NCBI GenBank assembly: GCA_049720225.1
Contig: JBNASD010000004.1
Coordinates: forward strand, 1,117 to 65,116
Source: Microgenomates group bacterium
GTDB lineage: Bacteria; Patescibacteriota; Microgenomatia; PFEM01; JBNASD01
Direction: 5' to 3'
DNA length: 64,000 nt
How positions within the stretch are numbered: position 1 is the first letter of the stretch; each line of letters starts with the position of its first letter. A program made the translations under genes and the position numbers. This document shows, in pieces, positions 27,758-37,439 of this stretch. Below the pieces are notes generated by a model that did no database searches, had not been told where the DNA came from, and saw only the letters and a list, made by a program, of their open reading frames with translations.

Positions 27758-28598
27758 GGTAGAGACTATTAAAAGGATATTAGAAAAAACAATCGTAGGA
27801 AAAACGATTATTGATGTAGAGGTAAGAAAAGCGAAAATTTTTCAGGGCGAGCCCAAAGAAGTAATAGGAGAAACAATAAAAAAAATTGAGAGGCGAGGAA
27901 AGATGATTATTATTTGGCTTTCGGGAGATAAGGTATTGTTGATTCATCTTAAACTTACTGGTCAATTAATTTGGGTGTCAAATGCAGGAAAAAGCGTAAG
28001 TTTTGATTATCCTATTCCTTTTGCCGGAAAAGTTTTACCCGGCAAAACTACTCATGTGATTTTTAAGATTAATGGTGGAAAGCTTTTTTATAACGACTTA
28101 CGTCAGTTTGGGTGGATTAAGGTAATATCAAATAGCAAATCTCAAATAACAAAGATAATAGATAAAATTGGCATTGAGCCTTTTGATAAAAAATTTACCG
28201 AGGAATATCTTCAACAAATTTTTTCTCGAACTAGCAAACCCATAAAACTAGTTTTAATGGATCAGGAAAAAATTGCTGGGATAGGCAATATTTACGCTAA
28301 CGAGGCGCTTTTTGAAGCGGGGATTTTACCAACTCGACCAGCAAAAAGTTTAAGTAAGGAAGAAATTAAAAAACTAAGAAAAGCAATTTTATTGGTTTTA
28401 GAGGAAGGAATAAAATATGGTGGTTCTTCGGCGGCAGATGAAGCCTATATTAAGCCTACAGGCGAACCAGGAAGATATCAGCAACATTTTCGCGTTTATC
28501 AACGAAAAGGAGAAAAATGCCGAAAATGTAAAGCTATTATTGAAAGAGTTAATTTAGGAGGTCGGGGGACTTTTTGGTGTCCAAAGTGCCAGAAATAA
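27741..28598 (+). CDS. mutM: Formamidopyrimidine-DNA glycosylase
   Basis: MPELPEVE, GIGNIYA, C-terminal C4 zinc finger. Confidence 0.95.
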   Translation: MPELPEVETIKRILEKTIVGKTIIDVEVRKAKIFQGEPKEVIGETIKKIERRGKMIIIWLSGDKVLLIHLKLTGQLIWVSNAGKSVSFDYPIPFAGKVLPGKTTHVIFKINGGKLFYNDLRQFGWIKVISNSKSQITKIIDKIGIEPFDKKFTEEYLQQIFSRTSKPIKLVLMDQEKIAGIGNIYANEALFEAGILPTRPAKSLSKEEIKKLRKAILLVLEEGIKYGGSSAADEAYIKPTGEPGRYQQHFRVYQRKGEKCRKCKAIIERVNLGGRGTFWCPKCQK

Positions 28599-28720
28599 AA
28601 AATTCCAATATTCAAAACTCCAATATTTTCAAAAGTAATTTAAAATTGAAAATTTTTAGATTTTATATTTTAGTTTTTAGTTTACTTTGAATATTCGAAC
28701 ATTTAAATATTTAAAATTTA
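28598..28720. repeat. 8-bp-periodic imperfect inverted repeat element, copy 2
   Basis: AATATTCAAA near 28607 is complementary to TTTGAATATT near 28686; 28/30 inverted match to 1431-1460. Confidence 0.6.
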
Positions 28721-28747
28721 TTTATGAGGTTAGAATAATTGGAAATT

Positions 28748-29815
28748 ATGGTAATTAATTCTCTTCTTCTTCAGAATTTCCGAAGTTATATTCGTAAGGA
28801 ATTTAATTTTTCTTCGGGAACAAATTTATTAGTTGGTCCAAATGCTTCAGGAAAAACTAATTTATTAGAAGCAATTTATCTTTTAGCGACCGGAAAAAGT
28901 TTTCGGGCAGAAGTAGAAGAAGAAATGATTAATTATCAATCTCAAATTGCCAATATTAAAGGCCAAATTTTTGATGAAAAAGAAAGCAAGGAATTGGAAG
29001 TAATTTTAACGAGGGGAGAAATTCAAGGAAGAAGGGTGGCTAAAAAAATTTATAAAGTTAATGGTATCAATCGACGAATGATTGATTTTGTGGGTAATTT
29101 ACGGGTAGTTTATTTTGGACCAGAAGATTTAGAAATTATCGTTAATTCGCCGGCAACAAGAAGGAATTATTTAGATGCAGTTTTGGAACAAGTTGATAAA
29201 GAATATCGGCGGGCAAATCTTTCTTATCAAAAGGGACTTCGCCAAAGAAATAAATTATTAGAACAAATAAGAGAAGAAGGGAGACCTCGTTCAATTTTGT
29301 ATTTTTGGGACAAATTACTTATAAGCAATGGAGAAATTATTACCAAAAAAAGAGAAGAATTAATAAATTTTATTAATCAACAGCCAGAATATTTTGGAAA
29401 AATTTTTTTGGAATATAAACCAAGTATTATTTCACCTCAAAGACTAGAAAAATATGCCGAAAAAGAAGTGATGGCGGGGATGACGCTAATTGGTCCTCAT
29501 CGAGATGATTTTATAGTGGAAATTCAGGAAGGGAAAGATAAAGTGCGAAATCTTCATATTTTTGGAAGTCGGGGTGAGCAACGGTTAGCTGTTTTTTGTT
29601 TGAAATTAGCAGAAATGGAGTTTATTAATAAAAAAACTGGCCAACTACCAGTTCTTTTACTTGACGATATTTTTTCTGAACTAGACGATAAACATCGAAT
29701 TGAACTTTTAAAAGTTATTCCTCGGCAACAAACAATTATTACGACTACCGATTTAAATTTAGTTGATGTAGAATTAAGAAAAAAGATATTTTTAATTAAT
29801 TTCAATCAGCTATAA
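28748..29815 (+). CDS. recF: DNA replication/repair protein RecF
   Basis: GPNASGKTN, GPHRDD, SRGEQR, LLLDDIFSELD. Confidence 0.93.
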   Translation: MVINSLLLQNFRSYIRKEFNFSSGTNLLVGPNASGKTNLLEAIYLLATGKSFRAEVEEEMINYQSQIANIKGQIFDEKESKELEVILTRGEIQGRRVAKKIYKVNGINRRMIDFVGNLRVVYFGPEDLEIIVNSPATRRNYLDAVLEQVDKEYRRANLSYQKGLRQRNKLLEQIREEGRPRSILYFWDKLLISNGEIITKKREELINFINQQPEYFGKIFLEYKPSIISPQRLEKYAEKEVMAGMTLIGPHRDDFIVEIQEGKDKVRNLHIFGSRGEQRLAVFCLKLAEMEFINKKTGQLPVLLLDDIFSELDDKHRIELLKVIPRQQTIITTTDLNLVDVELRKKIFLINFNQL

Positions 29816-29845
29816 ATTAAAATTATAAAAAATATAGGGTTTTAA

Positions 29846-30748
29846 ATGGGAGAAGAATTTAATCTCCAGGAATTAAAAAAGCTTTTTAAGCCCTTACCAA
29901 AATCTAAAAAAGAAGATAATGGAAAAGTAACAATAATCGGCGGTTCTTTTCTTTTTCACGGAGCACCAATTTTGGCGTTAAAAGTGGCCACACGATTGGT
30001 TGATATGGTATTTTTTTCTTCTCCTGAGTCTTCCATCGGTAGAGTGGCAGAAAGAATCAAAAGCAAACTGGGAGCTTTTATTTGGGTTCCTTTTGAAGAA
30101 GTGGAAGATTATATTGCTAAGTCTGAGGCAGTGTTAATTGGTCCTGGTTTTATGCGTTTTCGAAAAGAAAGCCAAAGCCAAAAATGTCAAAAGGAAAAGG
30201 TGTGTGACGATGAGGGTTTAAAAACAAAAAAAATAACCGAAACTTTATTACAAAAATTTCCCCAAAAACAGTGGGTTATTGACGCCGGAAGTTTACAAAC
30301 AATGGAGGCAAAATATATTCCGAAAAACGCAATTTTAACTCCTAACCAAAAAGAATTTGAAATGTTATTTAATTTTAAACTTCAACCTTTTAATCCCCAG
30401 GAAAACAACCAAATCACAGGAGAAAATTTAAATTTAATAAAAAAAATGGCAGAAAAATATAATTGTATTATTGTTTTAAAACTGGCGGAAACAATTGTTT
30501 GTTCTCCTCAAAAGTGTGTATTAATTAAAGGAGGAAATGCAGGATTAACCAAAGGAGGAACGGGAGATGTTCTGGCCGGTTTAACCGTTGGTTTAGCGGC
30601 GAAAAACGAACCATTTTTAGCTGCTTGTGTTGCCAGTTGGATTTTAAAAAAATCAGCGGATGAGCTTTATCAGGAGGTTGGTTTTGCTTATAATGCTGAT
30701 GATTTGGCCGAAAAAGTCCCTAAAGTTTTGGGAAGGTATTGGCGATAA
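29846..30748 (+). CDS. nnrD: NAD(P)H-hydrate dehydratase (YjeF C-terminal domain)
   Basis: GKVTIIGGS, IGPG, VIDAG, LTPN, GGTGDVLAG. Confidence 0.85.
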   Translation: MGEEFNLQELKKLFKPLPKSKKEDNGKVTIIGGSFLFHGAPILALKVATRLVDMVFFSSPESSIGRVAERIKSKLGAFIWVPFEEVEDYIAKSEAVLIGPGFMRFRKESQSQKCQKEKVCDDEGLKTKKITETLLQKFPQKQWVIDAGSLQTMEAKYIPKNAILTPNQKEFEMLFNFKLQPFNPQENNQITGENLNLIKKMAEKYNCIIVLKLAETIVCSPQKCVLIKGGNAGLTKGGTGDVLAGLTVGLAAKNEPFLAACVASWILKKSADELYQEVGFAYNADDLAEKVPKVLGRYWR

Positions 30749-30787
30749 ACTTGTTTTTTTCCGCAAAATTTGCCATTATTAAATAAA

Positions 30788-31858
30788 ATGTACTCGCCAA
30801 AATTTACTATTACCAATGATATTCTTTTAAATATTGGATTAATTGAGGCAGCCAGAGAAGTGATTAAAAATGCTCCTTTAATTCCTGTTTATGAGGCACG
30901 TTTTGTGAAAGATGCGATTGTAAGAACAGTCCATCATGGCACTCATTTAGAAGGAAACGATTTAACTTTAGCGGAAACAAAAAGGATTATTGAGGGAGAA
31001 AATATTTTAAGTGGTCATCGTGATGTTCAGGAAGTAATTAATTACCGAAAAGTTTTAGAATATCTTGATGAATTAGAAAAAGAAGCTAAAGAAGGATTTT
31101 ATTATAATTCACAAATTTTAAAAAAAATTAATGAAATTGTTTGCGAAAGAATTCCTTTAGAAGGTGAAACTAAGCCAGGAGAGTTTCGTTCTGTTCAAGT
31201 CGTTTTAAAAGACGAAAGAACAGGGGAGGTAGTTTTTCGCCCGCCGCCAGCAATTGAAGTCCCTTTTTTGGTAGAAAGTTTTTTAGATTGGTTAAATTCT
31301 CCCGAAGGAAAAAAAATTCATCCGGTTTTAAGAGCGGGAATTGCTCATTATTTTTTAGTCGCTTGTCACCCTTTTGTTGAAGGAAACGGAAGAACCGCGC
31401 GAGCTTTTGCTACCTTAATTTTGTTTTTGGAAGGCTATGATATTAAAAAGTTTTTTTCGTTAGAGGAATATTTTGATAAAGATGCCCATCGTTATTATCA
31501 AGCATTAACTTTAGCCGATCAGTCAGGTCCGCTAGAGGAAAGGGATTTAACTCCTTGGTTAGAGTATTTTACCCAAGCAATGGCAGTAGAATTAACCAGA
31601 ATTAAAGAACAAGTTAAAAGACTTTCTTTAGATGTTAAGGTAAAAAGTAAAGTAGGATATCAGATTCCTTTAAATTCTCGTCAAGTAAGATTAATGGAAT
31701 ATCTAGAGGAAAAAGGATCAATTACTACCCAAGAGGCAAGAAGATTAATTCCTGAATATTCCGAAGATACTTTATTAAGAGATTTAAATTATTTTGTTTC
31801 CCAAGGAATTGCCAAAAAACAAGGAAAAACAAAGGGAGCTCGTTATATGTTAAAATAA
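30788..31858 (+). CDS. Fic family protein with C-terminal winged helix
   Basis: HPFVEGNGRTAR; THLEGN inhibitory-helix-like motif. Confidence 0.9.
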   Translation: MYSPKFTITNDILLNIGLIEAAREVIKNAPLIPVYEARFVKDAIVRTVHHGTHLEGNDLTLAETKRIIEGENILSGHRDVQEVINYRKVLEYLDELEKEAKEGFYYNSQILKKINEIVCERIPLEGETKPGEFRSVQVVLKDERTGEVVFRPPPAIEVPFLVESFLDWLNSPEGKKIHPVLRAGIAHYFLVACHPFVEGNGRTARAFATLILFLEGYDIKKFFSLEEYFDKDAHRYYQALTLADQSGPLEERDLTPWLEYFTQAMAVELTRIKEQVKRLSLDVKVKSKVGYQIPLNSRQVRLMEYLEEKGSITTQEARRLIPEYSEDTLLRDLNYFVSQGIAKKQGKTKGARYMLK

Positions 31859-31868
31859 GATTAATTTA

Positions 31869-32063
31869 ATGAAGGCCACCGATCCGCAGTTTTTGTATAT
31901 GGTTTTGGTTTTGCCAACTTTGTTTGGATTGACGTTAATCGGAGAGGGATTAAACAAAATTTTAAAAGACGAAAAACAAGGCTGGATTTCTGTTGTTTTT
32001 GGAGTAGTTTTTATTTGGGTGGTAATTTTTGCTTTTATTTTCTTCTCTAATTATCTAAAATGA
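31869..32063 (+). CDS. Small two-TM membrane protein
   Basis: Two hydrophobic helices; overlaps ligase start. Confidence 0.65.
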   Translation: MKATDPQFLYMVLVLPTLFGLTLIGEGLNKILKDEKQGWISVVFGVVFIWVVIFAFIFFSNYLK

Positions 32064-33832
32064 CCTTTTCTAATTTAGCAGAATATTTTTCTGCCTTAGA
32101 AAAAACAACCTTGCGGTTGAAAATTACGGAAATATTGGCAGAAATTTTAAATAAGGTTTCTTTAAATGAAGTAGATAAAATTTGTTATCTTTCTTTAGGG
32201 CGATTAGCTCCCTTGTATGCAGGAATTGAGTTTAACTTGGCGGAAAAATTGATGATTAAAGCAATAAGTCAGGCTTTTAATTTAGAAGAAAAGGAAATCA
32301 AAAAAATTTATAAATCTTTAGGAGATTTAGGGGATGTTGTTTATTATTTAAAAGGCGGTAAAGAGAAAAAAGGAGAAAAAAATTTTTCCGTAGAAGAAAT
32401 TTATCAACGTCTTCAAGAGATTGCCCAAGAGTCAGGTGAAGGTTCGGTAGAAAGAAAAATTAGCAAAATGGCTAATTTAATAATTGATTTAGATCCGTTA
32501 AGTGCCAAATATACTGTAAGAATTCCTTTAGGAAGATTGCGTTTGGGTTTTTCTGAATTAACAATTTTGGACGCCCTATCTTGGATGTTAGTAGGCGATA
32601 AAAGGTTAAGGGGAGAAATTGAGTCTGCTTATAATGTCTTAGCGGATGTAGGAAAAATTGCCCAGGAAATTAAAAAACAGAAATCAGGTTTGCCCCAAAA
32701 AGAAATAGAGGAAAAAATTAAGGAAAAACTTAAGGAAATTAAACCTCAATTAGGAGTCCCGATTATGCCTTCTTTATGTCAACGGTTGCCTACCCCTGAA
32801 GAAATGATAAAAAAGATGGGAAAAGTAGCAGCAGAACCAAAATTTGATGGTACTCGTCTTCAACTTCATTGGCAAAAAGGAGGGAAAGTATGGATTTTTA
32901 CGCGTAATTTGGAAAATGTTACAACAATGTTTCCCGATATCGTTGAAGCTTCAAAAAAAGAAATTAAAGCTAATCAAGTAATTTTAGATGGAGAGGCGAT
33001 TGGTTATGATCCAAAAAGTGGTAAATTTCTTCCTTTTCAAGAGACGATTAAAAGAAAAAGAAAATACGAAGTAGATCAAAAAGCAAAAGAAATTCCTTTA
33101 AAATATTTTGTATTTGATATTTTGTATAAAGACGGAAAAAGCCTTTTAAATTTACCATTAAAAAAAAGAAGAGAAATTTTAAATCAAGTATTAAAAAAAG
33201 ATAATCAAAGAATTGTCCTTACTCCTCAGATAATTACCGAAGATCCCAATGAACTTCGCAAGTTTCATGATCAACAAATAAAAGCAGGATTAGAAGGAGC
33301 GGTGGTAAAAAAATGGCAATCTTTTTATCAACCAGGACGGAGAGGTTATAATTGGGTTAAATTTAAGGCAGAAAAGAAAGGAAAAAAAGGAGGGGGTTTA
33401 GCGGATACTTTGGATTGCTTGGTGATGGGCTTATATAAAGGAAAAGGAAAAAGAGCTAGTTTCGGGGTTGGCGCCTTTTTAGTGGGGGTTAAAAAATCGG
33501 AAAAAGTAGAGGAATTTTTAACCATTTCTAAAATTGGTACTGGTTTAAGTGACGAACAATGGAAAGAATTAGAGGAAAGAGGAGAAAAATTAAAAGCGGT
33601 TAAGAAACCAGAGGGATATAAAGTGGATAAAAATTTAACTCCCGATATTTGGCTTATTCCTTCTTTAGTGGTAGAGGTGGAAGCAGATAATATTACTCTT
33701 TCGCCGGTTCATACTGCCGGAATGGCCTTGCGCTTTCCTCGGTTATTGCGCTTTCGTGATGACAAGTTTCCTCAACAAGTAACCACTTTGAAGGAAGTAA
33801 AAAAACTTTATGAAATGCAAACAAAAATTTAA
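32060..33832 (+). CDS. ATP-dependent DNA ligase (DBD-adenylation-OB)
   Basis: EPKFDG, LDGEA, FDIL, EGAVVK, WVKFK, LRFPR. Confidence 0.93.
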   Translation: MTFSNLAEYFSALEKTTLRLKITEILAEILNKVSLNEVDKICYLSLGRLAPLYAGIEFNLAEKLMIKAISQAFNLEEKEIKKIYKSLGDLGDVVYYLKGGKEKKGEKNFSVEEIYQRLQEIAQESGEGSVERKISKMANLIIDLDPLSAKYTVRIPLGRLRLGFSELTILDALSWMLVGDKRLRGEIESAYNVLADVGKIAQEIKKQKSGLPQKEIEEKIKEKLKEIKPQLGVPIMPSLCQRLPTPEEMIKKMGKVAAEPKFDGTRLQLHWQKGGKVWIFTRNLENVTTMFPDIVEASKKEIKANQVILDGEAIGYDPKSGKFLPFQETIKRKRKYEVDQKAKEIPLKYFVFDILYKDGKSLLNLPLKKRREILNQVLKKDNQRIVLTPQIITEDPNELRKFHDQQIKAGLEGAVVKKWQSFYQPGRRGYNWVKFKAEKKGKKGGGLADTLDCLVMGLYKGKGKRASFGVGAFLVGVKKSEKVEEFLTISKIGTGLSDEQWKELEERGEKLKAVKKPEGYKVDKNLTPDIWLIPSLVVEVEADNITLSPVHTAGMALRFPRLLRFRDDKFPQQVTTLKEVKKLYEMQTKI

Positions 33833-33899
33833 CCATTGACTTTTGCATGGTAAAATCTTAAAATACTTAACGTTAATTAAAAAATAAAATTTTAATAAA

Positions 33900-34592
33900 A
33901 TGACAGAAGAAAAAACCAAAAAAGAAAAAGTTGCCCTTAAAGTAGAAAAACGGACTTTATTTGGTCGAAAGGTTAAAAAACTAAGAAAAGAAGGAATTTT
34001 ACCGGCCAATATTTTTGGGGCAAAAATAAAATCGTTAGCGGTTCAACTTCCTTTAAAAGAATTTATGGATGTTTATAAAAAAGTTGGAGAAACAGGAATA
34101 GTGGAATTAAAGGTTGAAGGTGAAAAAGAAGTTAGGCCAGTATTAATTCATAATCTTCATTTTGATCCAATTACCGATTTACCCTTACATGTAGATTTTC
34201 GTCAAGTAAGCTTGAAGGAAAAAATTACCACCAATATTCCGGTAGAAGTTGTTGGTGAGTCTCCAGCAGTAGCACAAAAAATAGGAATCTTGGTGCAAAT
34301 TTTAAATGAAATTGAAGTAGAAGCTCTTCCGGGAGAATTGCCAGAAAAGTTTATAGTCGATGCTTCTCAATTAAAAGAAGTTGATCAGGCAATTACTGTT
34401 GCTGATTTAAAAATTCCTGAAGGGATAAAAATTCTTACTTCTCCTCAGCAAATTTTAGTAAAAATTGAACCGCCTGCAAAAGAAGAGGTAACCGCTCCTC
34501 CTACAGAAGAAAAACCAGTAGAAACGCCCTCAGGTGAAGAAAAACCTAAAGAGGAAAAACCGGAAGAAAAACCCTCAGAAGAGAATAAATAA
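33900..34592 (+). CDS. rplY: 50S ribosomal protein bL25/Ctc
   Basis: LRKEGILPANIFG, HVDF, acidic tail. Confidence 0.92.
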   Translation: MTEEKTKKEKVALKVEKRTLFGRKVKKLRKEGILPANIFGAKIKSLAVQLPLKEFMDVYKKVGETGIVELKVEGEKEVRPVLIHNLHFDPITDLPLHVDFRQVSLKEKITTNIPVEVVGESPAVAQKIGILVQILNEIEVEALPGELPEKFIVDASQLKEVDQAITVADLKIPEGIKILTSPQQILVKIEPPAKEEVTAPPTEEKPVETPSGEEKPKEEKPEEKPSEENK

Positions 34593-34593
34593 T

Positions 34594-35190
34594 TTATCTT
34601 AAAATTATTTTTTCTAATTCGTTAGCAAGAAGATAATTTGGATCAAGAGATAATGCTTTCTTTAACGATTCTTTTGTCTTTTCTTCTTGAGAATTTTTGT
34701 AAGTTAATACTGCTAATTGCAACCAACCATCTCGATAATTGGGGTATTTTTCTAAAATCCTTTCCCACCCATTAATAAGTTTTTTGATATCTTCTGGATC
34801 AGAATAATGTTTTTGTTGCCAAAGTTGGTTAATTTTTAAATTTGGGAAATTGAATTTTTCTGCTAAGCGAAGAATTTTTTCTGCTTTTTTAAATTGATTA
34901 TTAGCCAAAAGTTTTTCTGTTAATATTAATTGAAGTTCTGGCCTATTAGGGTTTTTAATTAACTCTTCCTTTAATTTTTGAATTTCACTTTTAGGGAAAA
35001 GGTAAGAAAGAACAAGAAGAAATAAAAGAAAAAGTATTACTCCTAAGCTTCCAAATTTTTTAGTTAATCTTTGTAATCTTTTGGCCTGAGGTTTAGTGAC
35101 TTTTCTAATCTCTCTAATCTTATCTTTCCACCAAAAATGCCACCTTTTTAAAAATTTTAAATCCTTAATTTTTCTATATTCTTTTTTCAT
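34594..35190 (-). CDS. Membrane-anchored TPR protein
   Basis: TM; YPNYRDGWLQLA...ALSLDPN; TGaTATACT 7 nt before ATG 35190. Confidence 0.75.
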   Translation of the reverse strand: MKKEYRKIKDLKFLKRWHFWWKDKIREIRKVTKPQAKRLQRLTKKFGSLGVILFLLFLLVLSYLFPKSEIQKLKEELIKNPNRPELQLILTEKLLANNQFKKAEKILRLAEKFNFPNLKINQLWQQKHYSDPEDIKKLINGWERILEKYPNYRDGWLQLAVLTYKNSQEEKTKESLKKALSLDPNYLLANELEKIILR

Positions 35191-35203
35191 ACTCAAAAGT
35201 ATA

Positions 35204-36775
35204 TCATAAATAATTTCTTAGTGACGACAAAATTTTCTTAGTCTGAATTTCCAAATCTTTTTTAGAAAGAGAAAAAAGTTTTTTTTCTAATTCTTCTAAT
35301 CCGGTAGAGTTGAAAAAATTTTTATAACAATTTCCCTCTTCATCATAAAGATGGGGCTTAGTGATTTCTGTGTAAAAATAAGGAACATTTAAGTTCATAA
35401 TTTCTTTAACTTCATAGGGAATTAGTTTTTTTACCCTAGGATCTTGATTTCCTAAACCGCTTTTTAATTTTTTAGTAATAAATTTTAAATAATTATTATT
35501 TTTTAAGTTAGACGGTTGAAGAAGATTTTGAATAAAAAAAATATAAATAGAAGTTGGCCGAATAATTTGCCTTAATTTAAGAGGAGAAGATAAAGGTTGA
35601 GAATTTAGAAAATCTTTTATCCATTTGATAACTAAATCTTTATTTTGTTGAAAGAAGTTATAAACGTTTTCAAAACCAAGAATAATTTCTTGGCAATAAT
35701 CTTTTGGTTCAACAAGAGTTCCTTTAAAATAAAGGCGATTATGGGGAGTAAACCTACTTATTGTTTTATATCTGACGCAGATTTTATCGGTGCCATCATT
35801 TTTGGGAAAGGGAGTTAAAAGGCTAAGGCGAGGGGTACTTCCTCCTTGAAGTCCAGAGGTTTCTCCTATTTTTGATTTGCTTTTAGGATCAGAAAGAAGA
35901 CCAGTAAAGAAAATATTAGGTTTTTTTGGAAAACCCTTAAATGAGAAATGATGAAAAAAAGTTTCGGTATCTAAAAGATAAAGATTTCCTTTGTTAACTA
36001 CTAAATTATCCATATGAAGATCAGTAGCGTTTAGTATATAGCTTAAAGCAATTATTCCTCCCGCTTGATAATAGAATTTTTTAGCTTGAGATTGAGAAAT
36101 AACATTTTCATCTTTGTCGATAAAAAGACGATAAGAATAATAGTTTTTATCTAAAAAAGGAACTGTTTTAAATAAAGGCTTTCCGAAAGTCTTATTTATT
36201 TTTTCTGAGATAAAGTAAACAATTTTTTCCGAATTAGTTTGATAGGGTTTATAAACCAAAAGAAAATTGTTGTTAAATTCAAGAATCAAAGTTTGTTGAC
36301 CTTGGTGGTGCCGGTCACTATTTGGGGGGATTTTTATTTTTAAAAGATTATTTTTTTCTGAAGATAGAGAAAAAATTTTGGTTATTTCCCCCCAATCATT
36401 TATTAATCTATCAAGACAAACTTTTGTTGATTTTATGGTGGAATTAGTTAAAATAAAAAGGAAGTTTTCAAGTTGAGGATATTTAGAAAAGAAAAATTTA
36501 TCAATAGGTGCTTTTTTAACAAAAAAATCTTTATATCTTAAGTGAGAATTTTTTCCCTTAAGTTCTTTTTTAATTCGGGCGAGATTTATTTCTAAAGCGA
36601 AGGTGGGAAGAATAAATTTTTCTAATTCTTTATTTAAATAAGAATCAAGGTTATTAATAATAGAAGAATTGATGATTAATTTAGAATTTTTGTTTTGAGA
36701 CTTAAGAGAAGAAAGATAATTTTTAATTTCTCTTTTTGCTTTTTTTAAAAAAGAAGAATAAATAAGATAACGCAT
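35204..36775 (-). CDS. Stand-alone LanM-type (DUF4135) Ser/Thr dehydratase with no LanC cyclase domain
   Basis: SDRHHQG, LVYKP, TDLHMDN, LLDTETFF, RQIIRPT, VPYF in LanM order; protein ends at 523 aa. Confidence 0.88.
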   Translation of the reverse strand: MRYLIYSSFLKKAKREIKNYLSSLKSQNKNSKLIINSSIINNLDSYLNKELEKFILPTFALEINLARIKKELKGKNSHLRYKDFFVKKAPIDKFFFSKYPQLENFLFILTNSTIKSTKVCLDRLINDWGEITKIFSLSSEKNNLLKIKIPPNSDRHHQGQQTLILEFNNNFLLVYKPYQTNSEKIVYFISEKINKTFGKPLFKTVPFLDKNYYSYRLFIDKDENVISQSQAKKFYYQAGGIIALSYILNATDLHMDNLVVNKGNLYLLDTETFFHHFSFKGFPKKPNIFFTGLLSDPKSKSKIGETSGLQGGSTPRLSLLTPFPKNDGTDKICVRYKTISRFTPHNRLYFKGTLVEPKDYCQEIILGFENVYNFFQQNKDLVIKWIKDFLNSQPLSSPLKLRQIIRPTSIYIFFIQNLLQPSNLKNNNYLKFITKKLKSGLGNQDPRVKKLIPYEVKEIMNLNVPYFYTEITKPHLYDEEGNCYKNFFNSTGLEELEKKLFSLSKKDLEIQTKKILSSLRNYL

Positions 36776-36916
36776 TTAAGAACAAGTTCCTGTCGCACAA
36801 CATTTAGTGGTTCTCAACGAAGATTTTTCAATTATAGGTAATACTTTTTCTAAATCTTTAATGCCTGAAGGATCATTTTCTGGATATCTTTTTTCTTGTT
36901 CAGTTGGTCTTGACAT
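36776..36916 (-). CDS. Putative RiPP precursor MSRPTEQEKRYPENDPSGIKDLEKVLPIIEKSSLRTTKCCATGTCS (46 aa)
   Basis: Manual translation; TAA abuts the dehydratase ATG; charged leader and Ser/Thr/Cys-rich C-terminus. Confidence 0.85.
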   Translation of the reverse strand: MSRPTEQEKRYPENDPSGIKDLEKVLPIIEKSSLRTTKCCATGTCS

Positions 36917-36971
36917 AATAAAATAAAAAAATTAATATTTAATGAATAATTTATATCATTAATCAATTTAA

Positions 36972-37439
36972 ATGTCAAATTTATTAACGGAAAAAATAGA
37001 AATTAAAAGAGCAGAAAAAAAGGATTTAGAAAAAATAGTCAATTTGGTAGCAGATTTTTATTCAGAAGAAGAAAGACTAGATCCACGGGCAATTACTGCC
37101 GGAAAGGAAAAACTTACCAAAGCAATTGCTAAAAAGTTGGAAGATAAGAAAAAAAATTTTTACTTTCTTGCTTATAGCGAGGAAGAAATTGTTGGTTTGC
37201 TCCAAATTTTGTTAATTGACCGAAAACTGGCAGAGTTAATTTTAGTTTATGTAGTACCAAAATTTAGAAATCAAGGTATAGGAAAATATTTAATTTCTTG
37301 GGGATTAACTCAATTAAAAAATTGGGGAATAAAGTTTGTAAGAGTGGAAATAAGAGAAAAAAACTACGTTTCCCAAAAGATTTTTTCTTCGTTTAATCCT
37401 TCACTTTATAGTTGTACTTATACTATTTCTCTTTTTTAA
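36972..37439 (+). CDS. GNAT family N-acetyltransferase
   Basis: YVVPKFRNQGIGKYL acetyl-CoA motif A; divergent from the precursor. Confidence 0.88.
   Translation: MSNLLTEKIEIKRAEKKDLEKIVNLVADFYSEEERLDPRAITAGKEKLTKAIAKKLEDKKKNFYFLAYSEEEIVGLLQILLIDRKLAELILVYVVPKFRNQGIGKYLISWGLTQLKNWGIKFVRVEIREKNYVSQKIFSSFNPSLYSCTYTISLF

Noticed and set aside
34594-35190. TPR protein as part of the RiPP cluster
   Set aside because: It has its own extended -10 element and looks like a generic membrane TPR protein; not excluded, but unsupported
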